Shown one piece after another: positions 61,311 to 64,000 of a stretch of DNA of 64,000 nt. The number at the start of each line of letters is the position of its first letter. Position 1 is the stretch's first letter. The stretch spans positions 31,558,001 through 31,622,000 of the forward strand of contig OX442314.1 of NCBI GenBank assembly GCA_949358305.1, written 5' to 3'. This stretch comes from Strigamia acuminata (lineage: Eukaryota). The notes beneath the pieces are model-generated. The model was given only the letters and a program-made list of their open reading frames with translations. It was not told the origin of the DNA and did not search any database. The position numbers and the translations under genes were made by a program.

Positions 61311-63508
61311 TTCTCTTGCGAATACTATTCTAATTTACTGATTGTGTGAAGCACAATATTAAATGAATTTTTTCTTTCAACTAGAGGGGGAAATTTCCTT
61401 GGTCATGATTGTGATAGGGGGTCAGCAGGCGAAACGGCCGCTAATCGCTGACCATTGGACCCTGATCAGACAAAAATTGGTGGCTTTGCATGTCCAGCTT
61501 GCCTGGGTACTGGCAAGCCGGGACTTACACTAGCCACACTTTCCAACGGTCTTCTATTCCTTTCTAGCTTAGCCTAAAAAACTGAGTGGTTGGGAGGGGA
61601 ATATAATTCCAAACCTTCTTTATTATTTCTATTTCTTGGTGCGCAGCCCAAGTAAAAGTAATGGAACAGTCTGCAGCGTATTCAAACTCGATTCGTGGAG
61701 GAGGCGCGCTGGTGGCCACCAGCAAACCAAATCCCACGGGGGAGAAGCGGTCATATTCCAGGTGCCACGCTGCAATCACTGGTTCCATTATGGGCCGGGC
61801 GAGGAGGCGATGTTGAACTGAGCTTTGAGTGACATCAAATTTCTTGTAGGACGTTTAGTCGCTTGGATGCAGGTTGCTAGCTTAGTGGTCGCTGGCGCGG
61901 GAACAGTCACGTGCGGTGAGTTGGCGTGTAGTTGGACCCGAGTAGCAGCGAAGTGTCCGCACACATGGGAAGACTGCCTTGTTTTTTGTTGCGACTCATA
62001 ATTTATGGGTTGCGTTGTGGCTGCTCAAGGCGCTCATCCGGGTTCACATCGGTCATAATCCTACCCTGTCCCGTGTACTGGTTGGTAGGCAACTGCAAGT
62101 TAACGTATTTAACCCAAGAGTTGCTGAAATTGGGACACGGACAGCAGGGAGAGCTGCCGGAGGTACGGGGATACCGATGGTGAAGTGCTCAAATGGCACA
62201 GAGAGTTCGTTAGGGCGTAGGAACGATATCTGTGCGTTCAGGTAGCTACCAACTTTGAAAAAAGATTGGGAATCTAGCCTGTAACTTTTGTTTCTGAATT
62301 TTATTCACTCTTGCTTGATTTCTGGGCTACTGCAGTTTGTTAAAGGACTGTGCTCAAACCACAGTCTGGAGCAATCTCTGTAATTTGGAAATTAGTTGTT
62401 TTTACATCTTTTTCATTTTTTACTTTTTCTCTAAACTTCCCTATCTATGATTTTCATGGTTTTCTTGGGACTCCACACCTGACAGCGGTAATAATCACCT
62501 CAAATGCCGGGTTGTATACAGCGTCAAATGGAGGGCGATATGGCTTCACAATGGCGGCTGAAGGGTGGGACCCAAGGCGACTAGGGACAGAAGATGCATT
62601 TCCTTCTTACTTTAAGTGCAACTGACTGTTCCACAAAAAACACCATTTCATTGGGATGAACAGACATCTCAGTGTAGGCACGTTTCTGTCGAAAGGCAGC
62701 CTCGTGCAGACTGGAATGAGTCTCCGAAAGGGGTGAGCGGGCGCGTTTGTTGGTCTCTTGGGGCAGAAGAAGAGATTGCAACAATATCCCCGTAGTGTAA
62801 ATATCTGCAAAAACCTTCTGCTAAAAATTGGAACTTTTTGGGTGTCTTTTAGATTAAAAAACACCCAGTATTTTGTAATTTTTTATTTTTATTTTCTTAT
62901 CTTTCTTCCTCTGTTTCTTCTTGCGAGGCATCAAGAATCGGTTTGTCTGCGCGCTAGCGCGGTTTGATTTTGTTATTTGTTGCTAACAATGATAAAATTA
63001 ACTGGTTTGAAAATTTCGAAGTTCTACAGACATGATTTCGTGCTTTTTTAGAAAAGCACAAAAGTCATGTTTTTGTGGAATCAGACCATTTTGATCTGGT
63101 TCAGAACTTCTAGTTCCAAACCGAAAAATCACTATTGTTTTTTCAAAAAGTGTTGTTTTTTCTGCAGAAATGTAGGAATTGGAACATTAAAACGGTCGAA
63201 ATTTTGTTTTTATTTTAAAAATCAAACATGGCGACTGGAAAGACAATAGAAAAACATGTGGAAATCTCGGAATTTTCGAGAATGATTGGAATTTCAAATT
63301 TCGACATTTTCTTGGAACTCTGGGAAATTGATTCTATGAATTATTTTAATTTTCTACCAATGGGAAACCAGGGGGGGGAAGTGACATCACTAATCCCTCT
63401 CCCAAGAATGGCTACTTGAGCCTAATCTCCTGTCTCCTCATTGGTCGTGACTTAATTCCACTTGTTCACCTTGCAAGCTGCGGTCCTGCTTTTGGTCACA
63501 TTGTGTCA

Positions 63509-64000
63509 ATGCCAGCGACCAGAACTGGTAAGACCACGTGGGACTCTCCTGCACCTAATTCTTTCACACCCGCAACGGATTCAGATTTGAACGACTCGGA
63601 TAATAATTCGATTGCTTCTTCAAACGACAATATGTCAAGTCCTAAAGTTAAATTGTTGGATCAAGCGATGCTTGAAACGACTTGCAACGTCTTTAATCTA
63701 GTTATCGATGATATGACAACCTACGAAGTGTGGGAAGACACGCTTCTGAAAGTAGCCGATCACTTGGTGGAACTCCAAGACAAATCGGATAGCACTATGC
63801 GTCAATTAACGCAAACGCGCACGGAATTCGGTGATATTAGCGACCGGTTAACTCATGCTTTGCAGGAGTTAGACTCTGCGAAATTATCGAATGAAAGCTT
63901 GTTGAAGATGATAGCTAGTCAAAAAGCTATCGTTGACAGCGTGGTGGCGGCTGGACAATCGAATTTGAGAGCACAATCTGCAATCTCAAACACGATTTCT
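63509..64000 (+). CDS. gag: Gag-like ORF N-terminus of element 2 (partial)
   Basis: My translation: MPATRTGKTTWDSPAP...LTHALQELDSAKLSNESLLKMIASQK..., 164 codons without a stop, coiled-coil character. Position after the leader fits Gag. Confidence 0.6.
   Translation, partial: MPATRTGKTTWDSPAPNSFTPATDSDLNDSDNNSIASSNDNMSSPKVKLLDQAMLETTCNVFNLVIDDMTTYEVWEDTLLKVADHLVELQDKSDSTMRQLTQTRTEFGDISDRLTHALQELDSAKLSNESLLKMIASQKAIVDSVVAAGQSNLRAQSAISNTIS

Larger units (their letters stand above)
60662..64000 (+). mobile_element. Second gypsy-like LTR element related to element 1 (5' part; runs off the window)
   Basis: TGTGACC..CTCACA segment, tRNA-Pro-like PBS, ~2.2-kb leader, then an ORF open to the window end. 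Confidence 0.8.

Overview
AT-rich eukaryotic (metazoan, probably arthropod-like) heterochromatic DNA made almost entirely of transposon and virus-like fragments. I see no intact housekeeping gene, rRNA, tRNA or CRISPR array. The main intact object is a young 12.4-kb Ty3/gypsy LTR element (5028-17391; 593-bp TG..CA LTRs with 3 differences spotted, ATAC target-site duplication, tRNA-Pro-like PBS, PPT). Its 968-codon Pol-like ORF is fully open, yet has substitutions at the protease DTG motif, RT YxDD (YLDS) and all four RNase H acidic positions, has no integrase, and has no recognisable Gag. A second ORF opens right after a candidate splice acceptor and carries a DnaJ-like CxxCxGxG zinc finger and a PPxY motif. 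A related LTR element (from 60662, again preceded by ATAC, similar PBS, gag-like ORF) runs off the window end. An LTR-less, internally deleted Copia sits between 83-bp direct repeats of its target. Around these + strand insertions lies a mosaic of older fragments nearly all on the - strand: BEL/Pao, gypsy, two MULE-like, CACTA-like, pogo, MADF, BEN, Ulp1 protease, RING-finger paralogs, orphan mini-genes and a possible bunyavirus-like nucleoprotein. That layout resembles a uni-strand piRNA cluster. All family assignments are from motif recognition by eye; no searches were run.
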